Shown: in pieces, positions 38,801 to 51,029 of the stretch
Layout of the letters: every line of letters begins with the position of its first letter
Numbering within the stretch: the first letter of the stretch is position 1
NCBI GenBank assembly: GCA_002633005.1
Contig: NMRA01000116.1
Location: 841,237 to 905,236, forward strand
DNA: 64,000 nucleotides
Direction: 5' to 3'
DNA from: Phoronis australis
Lineage: Eukaryota > Animalia > Phoronida
Notes under the pieces: model-generated
What the model saw: only the letters and a program-made list of their open reading frames with translations
What the model was told of the DNA's origin: nothing
Databases searched by the model: none
Position numbers and translations under genes: made by a program

Positions 38801-40983
38801 ATGAGTGCCCATTTGGCGAAGTGGGCCAAAGAGTACGCCACAGAGAAACAAAACTCAAAAAAAGTTGAAAACGAGACAAAAGTCCACTAAAAAGACAGGA
38901 ACTACCAAAATTCGGCGAACGCACAACTGATACCTTCGAATGTATCCCCTAAGACTTAGCAAAGGGTTTACATTCTCAAAAATTCGAGCCCCCGCTTTTT
39001 AAGCTGGGTGCGCTCATGAAAAATACTGAGAGTGGTGTAGATGATGTAATATCCCACTCGACATTATTCCGTGTATCGACCGAGAGCGAAGGTCAAGGTC
39101 GATACGCGGAATAATGTCGAGTGGGATATGAACTTTATCTACGCCAATAAAAGTACGTTTTGTATTTATCCCATGTACTTCGAATTTCCATTTTTTCTTT
39201 CATTTTGCGGCGGAATTTTTGAATACTTCAACAAGACTGTTCTGATAATGTCGTGTCCCCCTAAGTCATAATCAGGTGATTAGTGTAATGGGCCCCGCCT
39301 AGTGGCCTAAACATGCGTGATGGGAGTACCGCAAAAGGCATCAGGCCACCGGCATCTTTTTCAGACTGTTCAAGGGGGGCATCCCAACAAATTTTCAGTA
39401 TTGATTCGTGTCAACGTAAACTCTGGTTCATTGTGGTTGTATCTTTTTACATTTTACGAATTCAACTTGCTTTCCGTAGATAACACAAATTTTTATATAC
39501 CGTTGCGAGTGCATGTTCTTCGACCGCGTACATTGCACGCGGTTATCAAAAATCCCTACAGCATGATCGACACGTGCTTGCTTTCTACATGTACGAACAA
39601 CCCCTACTTCATCAACAACGGATTTCCAATAATGATTTTCAAAAGAAATACAATTCGGGGAAAATACAGACATTTTCATCGTTATGAAGCCATTTGAAAT
39701 ACTGCCTTAGTGTAATTCATAAATAGACGTCTTTAAGTTCTTCAAATGTGTATCCCCAGAAAGTCAAAGCTATTGCTGTTTAGTTCTATACAATTTCACA
39801 TTTTTGATTGAAAGAGCCACCTGGTCATCTGAGCATGCTTTGTTCTTTTCTGGACCAATTTAAATTTTTATCTACCTCACGTTGACAAAAAAGTTGTACG
39901 ATTTCACAAAAAACATGAAAAAAGAGTCAGTTGATTGTATCGTTCCCCCATGAGTCAGCGAAAAAAGGTATGAAAAAGGGTGGCTGTGGATCAAAGAGTG
40001 CCCTCCGAGGGCTGAGTAGTATCTGATGCTGTCATCAGACCCTCTCTTCTCCGGATTCCCAATTTATACAAAGTGAAACCACTTTCAACAAAAACGGAAA
40101 AGGAGAGCGACGGAGAGTTTTCCCAGATGAATGCAGTTTGTATTCCCTAAAAATTGCCGTCTCCAATAAAAAATCTATAAAATTAATTTGCTCTGAAAGA
40201 ACTGAGTACAATAGATTTTCTCGGATTGTTTCGTTGTATACATGTAGCCTACCTTGAATGGTAACACACGTGGGCTTAATACATGCAACATGGTTTAAAC
40301 ATCACTCTGAGCACACGAATGCCGTAAATTGCCAAATGTAATAAACTATTAGACCTACTGACTTACTTATCCACGTCACCTTTAGCTAAACAATACGAAA
40401 TCGGTAATTTATGTGTTCGATGGTTTTGGTAAAAATACATTTCCAAGTAGTGCCAACCCACGCGTCCAAAAAAAGGTTCCTGGGTGCTTTTTCCATCCGT
40501 ACTTCAATGGGCTCTGGACAGTGTATATTGAAATTCACTTGCCATTTTTCCAGCTTTTATTCTCTTTAGCACTTTCCTGAAAACAGGTAACACGGGACAG
40601 ATATACATTTACACGTACACAAATCAAGATGAGAAATATCCTGTTAGCGTAAGGTGATCAATTTTATACTTCTAAATAAACCTAATCGCACAATCGTTAG
40701 TGAGGGTATTCCTTAAATGAACTGAATTGTATTCATTCAACGCATAGGTAAATTTTATATTCACCATGCATTATTTTGTTTTGCCCTGCGAAAAAAGATC
40801 GTTTAAAAGTGAATACAATAAACAATACACATAAACGACGAGCACTCGTGACAACCATCGGCTGGGCCTATCTAGTAAGGGTTACATAAAACGGTTCATC
40901 CTACTGTTTACCCATGTTTGTTCCAACGGAATAGCCAAGGCAGTGTATAAACTGGAAACTAACAAACAGACGATCACTCGCAT
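29840..40983 (-). CDS. Gene A: secreted astacin (M12A) zinc metalloprotease with two ShK domains and a C-terminal WSC domain, ~431 aa. Exons 40912-40983, 40543-40576(?), 40367-40385(?), 40253-40274(?), 36483-36558, 35029-35155, 34412-34590, 32295-32546, 32031-32156, 31393-31515, 29840-30105
   Basis: Signal peptide [19 protein letters not shown]; KRNG...RWPKGVVTY; zinc motif [19 protein letters not shown]; Met-turn SVMHY; two six-Cys ShK exons ([12 protein letters not shown]...CKKSCKTC; [12 protein letters not shown]...CEKSCGVC); WSC exon (LGCF...YCKRYC...YAAL...CYCG...C...CGG). All phases are compatible. AATAAA at 29777-29782 (-). The three prodomain micro-exons are less certain. Confidence 0.9.
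33021..33591. mobile_element. MITE with internal ~22-bp subrepeats, carrying a nested CATG-ended MITE (33185-33440)
   Basis: Outer TIR ctatcgttagccaa / ttggccaacaatag. Inner TIR catgcgcgcaccc / gggtgcgagtatg with a 5-bp TSD (gtcaa). Related copies at ~23260, 30429, 38773 and 63766. Confidence 0.7.
34642..34784. mobile_element. Short CATG-ended MITE with a 5-bp TSD
   Basis: TIR catgggcggc / gccgcccatg flanked by atgat on both sides. Confidence 0.75.
35163..35343 (-). mobile_element. Non-LTR retrotransposon (L1/Tx1-like) ORF2 fragment abutting a truncated duplicate (35345-35461) of a gene A catalytic exon
   Basis: Translation [31 protein letters not shown] is typical of the post-RT region of Tx1/L1 ORF2; bounded by the single N at 35162. 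Confidence 0.8.
39049..39129. repeat. 33-bp-stem hairpin, probably a transposon terminus
   Basis: atatcccactcgacattattccgtgtatcgacc - 15-nt loop - ggtcgatacgcggaataatgtcgagtgggatat; one arm recurs at ~22027-22060. Confidence 0.8.
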
Positions 40984-42597
40984 CTTTCAACCTTTCGGCT
41001 TCGCGGACAGGAAGAATGTGACACGTGTTTTTGTGACGCTATTATCACAAGCATGTTAGTTCCCACACATCTCTGCCTCCTGCATGTTCACGTCCTTGCA
41101 AAGCCAAACATGTATGAATTTTATATCGGTATCGAAGATAACTCCACTTAGTAGGTGTACATGGAATGCTGGAAAGGCCATCACCTCTTCTTTTCAAGAC
41201 GTGTATTACCAAAATACGAAGAAATGCATTGCGTAGCAACTCGTTTTACTTGCCGAAAATTTTTGAATTTCAACAAAATTAACGTTTAGTGTTATACGAT
41301 TAATGTTTCGGAGTCAATAATTTTCGGTATTGACCTTCATGCCTTCGTATTAACCACTAATATGGTGACACTCTTTTAACTGCTTTTGAAATAGAGGAAA
41401 ATACAAGAATGGAGAATTTTGATCTGGGTTCCCTTTCATACCATTCCATGTCTCAAGTTTGATGCCATGACGTCAACCCACAGCCGATTTAGCACTTCGT
41501 GATTATCCATTTTTTCTCCCCCAGGACTAACCTCACCGATAATAGTAACCTCAGTGAAGGTTTAATTTTAATGAAACTCGAATACAGGCGCAACGAAAGG
41601 CAGTAAAGTTCGGATCCCAGTCAAAAGGTACTGTGTATAAGTGTACCTCAGATGCCTTTTTCACTCTCGGTATTGGCTAAAACGGCCATAGGCAAGACGG
41701 TCGTAACGTGGATGCGACTAAGCGTGCGACCTGAGACAAAATTGATACTCGGGATCCCACGTCGCGCTATCAAAATTCGATGTTTACGTACCTTTGTTTT
41801 TCATCTTCAGGATCGCTTCGATCCATCGACGTCGCTCTCGAGTCATTTATTCGTTCTTTCTGTGTAATCGGCGCACACTTTCGTTGCACTACCAACGTTC
41901 TTTAAGGGTAATATACTGTATACTGTTTTAACAGTATACAGTATAAATACAACGCAATACTTAATATTTGATTTTTCATATTCAGGTGAATTTGCTATGT
42001 AAACAAAAACAAAAGTATGATTTAAACCAATTACCGTTGCGAAGTTGTTCCTTAGTCAAAGTGAAGATGTTTTTTGGGTTTCGAAAGGTTTGACAGTGGT
42101 AACGAGTGATAATATCCATCGATTTGCTAAGTGGAGTTTTGCAATTAAATGGATCAATGGCACTACTTGCATATCACCGCGATTCACACTCTCAACACCA
42201 GGTTTCTTGTTCTTGGTTAATAACTTCTCATTGGGGGATGAAAGGTAACCGATTCCTATCCTAAGTCAGAACTTCATGCTTTTTGCAGTCAGCACTTTGT
42301 GTCCCTGAACTTGGTAATTCGTTCTCGTTCACTTTCCTTCCCGTGCCTGAATGGATGTGTGAAGAACGAGAGACTGGACCTTCATAACCATTTTAGTTTC
42401 ATTTTCACCTATTTTTGTTATTTATTTATTTATTCATTTGAAACACTGTTGTTTTATAGTCGGTGAAACGAGCTCGTGACTCATTTCTACTGTTTTTTAA
42501 AATTTCCACTTTAAATCAATATTGGTTTTTGATTTGACTCTGCTCATTTTGTTGAAGTCACGTGATTGGAAGAAACGATTGTCTGAAAATTGACGCT

Positions 42598-44866
42598 ACC
42601 TAACTCCGCAGCACGCGTAGCTTTCTCTACTGATTATCATGTCGTCTCGTAAACACAGAAGTTTATAATCTTGTTCCGATAATTCTTTTCCAGATCGTCT
42701 AAATGCCACAAATAAAAACAGATACCTGTAATGTGCCACCGGCGAACCTTCATCGATATGAGACGATTTGCAGAAACATGGTATTACTGATCTCTTTGGC
42801 GATTCTCAACGAATGAATGAAAGACCGGCTTATCTTTGGTGTGGGTAGAATGTCCAATAAATTCAACGTACTCCCAAAGGGCATACTTGAAGGGACATTT
42901 GACGGCCGAAAAACGCATTTTGGGAATGACTTTTTAAGCCATTAGCTGTGACTCGTAAAACAAAAACCTGCTGCTTTCTAAAGAAAAACCTTAACCATCC
43001 AAGATAATCTCTAAAGAACCTCTGTCGTTCTCCATGAAGCCCAGTTCATTTTCTACAACTTCCAGCCTGTCTATCGTTTCTGTCAACAATCTTTCGTTCA
43101 TAAAGGCTTTTCGTGAACATTCTTTGAGCTGCGCCTCCTTGTCAGCGAGTGTTGCAGCTACAGATTCTGAATGGAATGCAAAAATTGTTCGTTATCAATA
43201 TGAATTTCTGATTTTTGTAGAGGCAATTAATTTACATCGATCTGAAAGTTAAATAGAGTTTGTCTGACAGAAAATACGTGTAAACAGCTCATGTGGTGCG
43301 TTAAGACAGGTTCATGGGGCATACGTATGTGTGACTAAACCTTTGGAGCCAGGAAGGCACGTCTAGTTGGATTTACCTTAAAATATTTTGACAAAGTTTA
43401 TGACCTAACAATTCCGATGGGTGTCTGATGTTGAAAATTGAACTACTCAATCCTTTTAATCGTTTACAAAATGAATATTGGGACATACATTTCGCATGCT
43501 TCAACTTTTACTGTACCATTTACTGTTCTCAAGCGGTCTATCTTCTTGGATAACTCTTTAATCACGTCCTGTTTTGTCGACAGTTTAGAGGGCATGATAG
43601 CTCTTTTCTCTCTGCTTTACTTAAACTTTGGCAAGCCGAGGCTACCAACTTCAACTGTCCAAAATCCGAATATAATCTGCGTGCACCTCCCTCAGTGTAG
43701 TATTGCATAAATATTCGAAGCCTTATCATTCCTTTATCCCATTAATTGTTCTTGTGAGTGGTCAATTGGCGATGGAATTTTCAAAAAAATCTCAAAACTC
43801 TGAATTCAAGGACCTAAAATAGTAAACATGGCGGATTTCATTGTGCTTCAACTTGTACGCCTGTCGTAGGTGAAACTTCGAGTTTGAGCAAGCAACCTAC
43901 ATTTCAAATTCAATAATTCTAATCCAAAACTCAACTACAATATTGAGAATGTTAAAGTTAGTATTTTAATTATTATTTGTAACTTTATTCCACTGACAGC
44001 TCATTTTAGCCCTTAATTTAGAATTTTATTGCATAAACTGGCGTATCTGTTTCTCATCTTGACATCACGCACTATTTTTTATTGAAGCACAACACACACT
44101 CGGCCAGGAAACGCAGTCCGTGCAAGTATTACAATGCGCCTGGCCGACGAGTTAACTCAATGGTTTTGGCCAAAAGTAAAACCTTCATAAGAAATCACAG
44201 TACACAAAAAACTTCGCATATCAATACAGTGTCAGGATAATTTATATTTGACACAAATATCTGAGTACTTACATTTATTTGGCAATGATATTTTTAATGT
44301 GCTCTCTGCTTCTCATGGCCTAGTAGTGACGGCGCGCGAAAATAGACTTTCGGATTTAACTCGGGAGCGTCCGCCAAAAACCGGGATGTTCGAAGACCGT
44401 CTGCCATGACATCACGGAACAAGATCCTTGAATTTGTGCTTTTGGCATTCTTTTGGCATTTTTGTCGTCAAATCACCACTCGAAGGCAATTTGAAGAGAT
44501 CAAATAAAAGAAGGTATTCAAAGATTTGTTCGATGGAAGTTTCGCGAAGTTCCGTGCACATTTTAGTAGGAGATTCTGAGCAAACAGATTGTAGGTGTCC
44601 AATCCGTGTTTTCTTAGTATTGAGTGACGTCATTTGCGATCGAGGAACAGATAAACCCAAGCGCCTGTGCTTTATACGTCCATCAATGTCTGACAACAGT
44701 TCGTCTAGTTTGCACTCAACTTTTTTACTCAAGTTTGTTTCAACACGTTCAGGTGAGCATTGTTTTCTGACAACTCGAACTGATTTTCTTTGATGATGTT
44801 TGTTACTTCCGCAACACCTCTTTTCAACGACTCCATCATATTCCAAACATCGGCATGCATTTCCAT
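42598..44866 (-). pseudogene. Pseudogene copy of gene C exons 1-3
   Basis: Homologous to 10689-13799. Exon 1 has a +2 frameshift (T6 versus T4), a deletion and a ~1-kb insertion; exons 4-5 are absent. Confidence 0.85.
43620..44667. mobile_element. ~1-kb insertion (possibly hAT-derived) interrupting exon 1 of the gene C pseudogene
   Basis: Absent from the intact copy at ~13605; flanked by tgcttta repeats; the right end finishes in CTG. Confidence 0.55.
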
Positions 44867-46291
44867 TTTTGTTTAGCTTCTGATTTGTGTCGTTTAAGAT
44901 ATTGAACGCTCGTGTTTTCTGGTACGTGCATTCATTACACCACACAGTTAAAGATGCAATTTGCCTTGTCAATACTCAACTCAAAATGTTGACTACATTT
45001 TGCTCTGTTTAGCTGGCTAAAGACGAAAACCAAAACACTAAGAGTCGGTCAACTGTGGTAGTACAAACACGTCTATTTGGACTTTGTACGCAACCAAGTG
45101 TCCATGTTACGACCTGTGGTGTTAAAATTGATTTTGAACGCTAACTGTCTGCGTTGGCCCTTGTAACGTTTATACTGTGATCTGTTGTTCATTTTGACAA
45201 TGCGCACCAGGTTAGAAACGGGATGGCGTTGTCCCTTTCTTCCTCAAGCGTGAATTTTATACACCCAGTACCAAGAACAGAGGAACAACGCCACCCCATT
45301 TCACAACGGTTCACTCAGTGTTTCCGAAAGAGGTTCCAGTTTTGACCGTCAAATGTGCACTTCATTCCCAGTTGCGGAAATCACAAAATTAATTCTCATT
45401 AACTTGTCGCGAAAACATAATAATTGATTTCTACCATTAAAAAGGACTGAATGGTTACTTGACCTTTACTTGAAGAAGATACATAAATTACGAGTTGGTA
45501 CACCCCAAAGAACTTTTAAGTTAAAACTAATTGTTTTTGTTGACGCAATGGATGACAGTGTTGGAAATGGAAATCGTTTTATCGTGGTTTGGATAGGTTT
45601 AAAACGTCATCCTGTGTTGTTTGAGTAACTTGCTTCAGTTTATACGGTAGGCTTTGAGTGAATAGGAAATGAAGCGTGCTGCTCAAAACCATTCTCTACG
45701 GCTCGTACAGGTACAGAAAGTTTCCAAGCATTTCATTCTCAACTGATCTTTATACCAATGTGATTGAAATTGAAAGGCGCACTCAACAATTCTATTAGCA
45801 TTTCAATTGTAATCTATGTTTTTAATTCTCCTTAAATCATTCATTTTGTAACTTTTGTTTTCTCTTTCCACGAGACAAAAATTTCAAAGATATTTTAGTA
45901 ATGGTCAGGAACTTCCTACTGGACACAAAGTACACACATGAATGAATTATGTCCATGTTCTCTATTTCCTGGAAATTTTAGGGATGCGAATCCGGTGGGA
46001 ACCTGAGGCAGGCTGATAATCCTGTCTATGCCTCTTCACTGATCTATATGTATGCTTGATAGAAGCCCTTGAGAGGTTGCGCCTGTACAAGCAGAATCCA
46101 CAATGAGAACTGACTTACTATAGATACGCTCTCACAAAGAATTTAACTGTCAGAGCACAGTTACATTTTAAATAAAAAGTGACCAATCAAATGGAATTGT
46201 GAATTCTTTCATCATCCAATTTCTAAAGAAAGAATACTGGGTATTGAGGAAATCTGCTAAATACTACGGAATGTTTATTGACAATAGGTGC

Positions 46292-49120
46292 CTATGACGT
46301 AACAGTGTGATAAATTTCGTAGTTGTAGTGTCCTCCGCATGTCTGTCCGAAACCATCGGCACATGGAAGTTGGCAATTGACGTCATCTACCACGACGCCG
46401 CTGAAGGTGCTGTCACCACAGTAGCATCTGTCACCGTTACTTAATCCGGCGTAACTGTAGCCACGGCTGGCGCATAACCGTTTACAATAATAGGCGGAGT
46501 TCTTTTGAGTTGAGATAGCAAAGTAGAACCCCGTGTAAATGCGATTGAAGCAGCCAACTCTGTCTCCTGGAAGTAAAAGTTTAAATATATGTCTAGACTA
46601 CAGTAGAATGAAGCCGTAGTCACGAGGTGTTATAGTTAATAAGCATGTCGTTTTTCGACGTTCCAATTCACCTCCTGCATTTTGACGGTCAATTAAATTC
46701 AAGTCGAACCCCATTGGCGTCATTAGCCAAAGATCTAGTCGATTACGAAGACGTACGAGGCTCAGTGCCGTAGGCGTCAATAAGATCATTTGTGGTTAAC
46801 TATGATATAAATTTCAAAAACTCTCAATCTTTGCAGACGTGAATCGTCGGTTAGCGAAATCGAAGGGCTACCGTGGCACTCGCTGGCTGTCCTGTCAGTG
46901 TTGTCTATCTATGTACGTTCTTTTGTCATCTAATCTGGTTTCTAAGGAATAATTAAAATGTGTCACGCATCTCCACCAAACTTAGGACTTACCCAAATTA
47001 TGGAGACGAGTGTACACCAAGGACCCTGACTGATTTCTGGGGAAATCGCCACGTTACAATTCCTGATGTTTCTTTAAGTATTTTGAGTTATCACCGGTGT
47101 AAAGGTTACAGTGGCTTATAGCTGGTTTCCAAAAGCTAATTAAGATAGCATATACGTTCATAACATCTTTCAGAGCCACGCTTACTTGAATAGGCACTCA
47201 CCGCACGATTGACATGACTTCTTGCAGTAGTGTAACATGTAGCTAAAGTTTCGCTCGCATTCGGACGGGCTCCAAGATGCCCAGTATGGGCACGATTTAT
47301 TTTCATCCATACAACTAGAAGACGTCACCGGGGCAGATGTAGCTAAAATGAAAGTTACGTGCAAGTCAAAAACACAAACCATATACACTTGCTTGCTTTT
47401 TTGATGCGACAGATATCGGTCACACGTCTTTCACTTGTACTTATTCATGAAGAGGAAGGTAACATCTTTGGTGTCTTTTTTAATTTAGACTATGATTTTC
47501 TAGCTATCTTATTAAATTCCCCCGGGTTCTAATTAGTTATTCGTGCGCAACGTCGGAAGAAACGTGCGTAACCCTAATCACTCGACGCCATCGCTGTGTA
47601 CATGCGCACTTCTGACTGTGTTATACCGTTATTTGTCTTTCTCTGAGTCTTATTCAGTATGCTCGGAAGTTGTTGGAAAACGGGATGCAAGCCTGCGAAA
47701 AGTATACTAAGACTTTTGTCTCGTCGATTTCCAAGAGATGACCAGATCCGTTCGCTGCGTGTGAAGAATGTAGTGTTGCCCTTTCACGCCACGACTAAAG
47801 CGTTGCAAAACTATCGAGTGAAAGGAACATGTACGCAGAGATTATGGAGGCACGTGCGACATGTTCCTAAGACGGGTATTTCCTTTCTCTGCTCCCTCAC
47901 CACGTGCAGTTTTGCGAGTTACACCCACTGCAGTGACTCAGGACCACGAAGTTGGTGTGATCAATGAGTGTGAACAGTCACTGCAGCGTCCAAGGTCAGT
48001 AACCACCACAGCTTCAACATGTACGCATACTTGCTGTCTCGCTGTTGGCGGAACAGCACCGCACCATCAAAATTTCTTGTTTTTGACATTCGGTGAAGTT
48101 GGTTTGCCGTGAAGTATTGTGGGGCGAGGAAGTATAATGGTGCCCATGGTCCTCCGTCGGAGGAAAACAAGTCACTCTGGCAATACCGATCGTTTTCACA
48201 GGGGATTTTTCATCGTATCAAATGTACTCCATCCCTCTGCCATCGATAAGAATAAGGGGAAAATGCTGTGGTCCTGTAACCTTACATTCAGCGTGGGCAA
48301 AGATCATGTTCGGCCTAATAAATCAGAGTTTCCCGATTTTTCGTTCTCGAATATTGACAACTACGTGTACGTGATTCACGTTTTTATGGGCGCCGACTTA
48401 AGCCATTTCCAGGCCAGTGTAGACCAAGCAATGGCTAAATCCCACTCAGTCGAGTTTTATTTCAATCTAGCAATGTCCGACGATACACGTCGAAAACAAA
48501 TAATTACGGCAGATTTTGGAAATCGCATTCAGCAGATGTCCTCAATGAATCGTCTCGCAAAAAAGCTGGCAGGGAATGATTAGGGCCGCGAACGTCACTT
48601 TCGAAATTACGCATACATATTTCATTGGAAGCAGGGTGACTTTAATTAACCTGGAAATTTGTGTAGAAAAATGTAATTTAACCGTCTATACACTACAAAC
48701 TGTTTCCCACGTAAGTAGATAGGTCAAATGTCTGTCACTGCGACCGTACCGTATAGGTTTACCTCGTATCTAAAACTATTTGTCGATGACGTTTTCGCTG
48801 CATCTCACTTGGGTCGCTCAAAGATGCTTATGATTAACAAAAAAATAACATTATTGCTGTTATCCCTGGGGATCTATACTTACAAGATGGCAAGACAGTC
48901 TGGCTGTTCCCGCAACTGTACATCGCGCGCACTTTGTACAAGTCAGTGGCGCTAAGCCTTTCTCTTTGTCCCAAATCGGATGGACTACCACTCTTGGGAG
49001 TGATTGTGTATTGTCCGTTTTGGCTGAATTGTGTTGCCGAGTACTGCATTACACTGGTGATATCGTAGGTGGTGCCGTATGTCAACGAGCCCGCATGAGT
49101 ATCAAACGCATACCACAAGT
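46292..49120 (-). CDS. Second copy (likely the alternate haplotype) of the 3' half of gene B: exons 48884-49120 (astacin C-terminus), 47202-47342 (ShK), 46292-46566 (WSC); the 5' part runs into the gap
   Basis: Exon lengths and splice sites are identical to 55122-55358, 53374-53514 and 52450-52724, with only a few substitutions (SATQF/SATEF, CPYW/CPHW, CFNR/CFGR). Confidence 0.75.
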
Positions 49121-49128
49121 CTGCAAAC

Positions 49129-49221
49129 NNNNNNNNNNNNNNNNNNNNNNNNNNNNNNNNNNNNNNNNNNNNNNNNNNNNNNNNNNNNNNNNNNNNNNNN
49201 NNNNNNNNNNNNNNNNNNNNN
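49129..49221. other. Assembly gap (93 N)
   Basis: Run of N. Confidence 1.
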
Positions 49222-49422
49222 CCGCATTCAAACTGGAGATCGGTGATTTACAAGTAAGAGGACATGAGAGAAAAATTTCACTGAATTAAGATATCATTTT
49301 TATGGAAATTGTGTGTCTTATTTTTCGTAGCGTATAAGTACAGTACAATGCGGTTGGTTGAACGTGCGATTATTGCGCGTGCTCATTTAAGTATTCTATT
49401 TTCACTCTTGATGACGTCAGTC

Positions 49423-49492
49423 GCTGCGTGGTGTAGTGGTTACAGTCGGCGATCAGCAATACCAAGGTCCCGGGTTCGACTCCGTCCTCGGT
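49423..49492 (+). other. tRNA-derived (SINE-head-like) sequence with Pol III A and B boxes
   Basis: TGGTGTAGTGG (A box) and GGTTCGACTCC (B box) at tRNA-like spacing, but no proper acceptor stem. Confidence 0.5.
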
Positions 49493-50213
49493 TTCCCGCC
49501 AAATCGTTATCTCACTAGTGAGATAACTTTATGGGTTATTACACGATTTTATCTGCCATTTGACGCTAATATTGTGGTATAAACTAGCGTATCTGTTTCT
49601 CATCTTGACATCACGCACTATTTTTGATTGAAGCACAACACACACTAGGCCAGGAAACGCAGTCCGTGCAAGTATTACAATGCGCGTGGCCGACGAGTTA
49701 ACTCAATGGTTTTGGCCATAAGTAAAACCTTCATAAGAAATCACAGTACACCAAAAACTTCGCATATCAATACAGTGTCAGGATAATTTATATTTGACAC
49801 AAATATCTTAGTAGTTACATTTATTTGGCAATGATATTTTTAATGTGCTCTCTGCTTCTCATGGCCTAGTAGTGACGGCGCGCGAAAATAGACTTTCGGA
49901 TTTAACTCGGGAGCGTCCGCCAAAAACCGGGATGTTCGAAGACCGTCTGCCATGACATCACGGATCAAGGTCCTTGAATTTGTGCTTTTGGCATTCTTTT
50001 GGCATTTTTGTCGTCAAATCACCACTCGAAGGCAATTTGAAGAGATCAAATAAAAGAAAGTATTCAAAGACTTGTTCGATGGAAGTTTCGCGGAGTTCCG
50101 TGCACATTTGAGTAGGAGATTCTGAGCAAACAGATTGTGAGTGTCCAATCTTTATGTTTTCTTAGTATTGAGTGACGTCATTTGCGATCGAGGAACAGAT
50201 AAACCCAAGTGCC

Positions 50214-51029
50214 TGTGCTTTATACGTCCATCAATGTCTGACAACAGTTCGTCTAGTTTGCACTCAACTTTTTTACTCAGGTTTGTTCCAACACGTTCAG
50301 GTGAGCCTTGTTTTCTGACAACTCGAACTGATTTTCTTTGATGATGTTTGTCACTTCCGCAACGACTCCATCATCTTCCAAACATCGGCATGCAGAATGG
50401 TGAATGTTGGCCAATTCCCCTTTTGTCCACTGACGTCACAAGCAGACTGGCGCCCCCAGTGGAGGCCCTGAGAACTCGTAAATAAACCGAGTTTATGAAC
50501 CCGGTAGTATCCAGCTTAGCAACGGCCGAGCCAAGCTGGCGAACAGACTTGTATTTATTGTGGGACGTTGAGTATCGCTTTTTTCTAAAAACATAATGCA
50601 TGGTATATAATAATGAATGGTGTATAGTACCAATTAATTATGATTGAAAGACTCCTTTTTAGTCGAGCGTAAACGAGGCTATTTCGCGTGGGGATAAAAC
50701 TTTGGCTTTGCCGGCGTGTGTAACACAGAAGAACAGTTGGATCGTGTTGCAGGATCGCTGGAATGAATATTCCAATTTTCTTAATTTATTGGAACAATAT
50801 TGATTTTCTGAGAGGTATGACATGCAACATTATTTAAAAAACACACTAAAACATAGCGACTCTGGAAAAATCATAAAAAATACTTTAACCACAGTCGCCA
50901 ACAGGCTTGTTTACGAGTTCTCACTAGGGCCTCCACTGGGGACGCCAGTATGCTTGTGACGTCAGTGGACAAAAGGGGAATTGGCCAACATTCACCATTC
51001 TGCCATCGGGGGGGGGCATGCATTTCCAT
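50214..51029 (-). pseudogene. Third, disrupted copy of gene C exon 1
   Basis: Matches 44665-44866 with an additional small deletion and a MITE insertion. Confidence 0.8.
50392..51003. mobile_element. MITE with ~95-bp TIRs (MULE-like, probable 9-bp TSD)
   Basis: gcagaatggtgaatgttggccaattcccc... at both ends in inverted orientation; absent at the homologous site ~44850; catcggcat is duplicated, with the right copy carrying an expanded G run. Confidence 0.85.

Noticed and set aside
46990-47075. Possible extra exon between the ShK and WSC exons (GPWC motif, gtaagt donor)
   Set aside because: The homologous copy at ~53165-53245 has a 1-bp indel and lacks the donor; ShK splices to WSC in frame without it.
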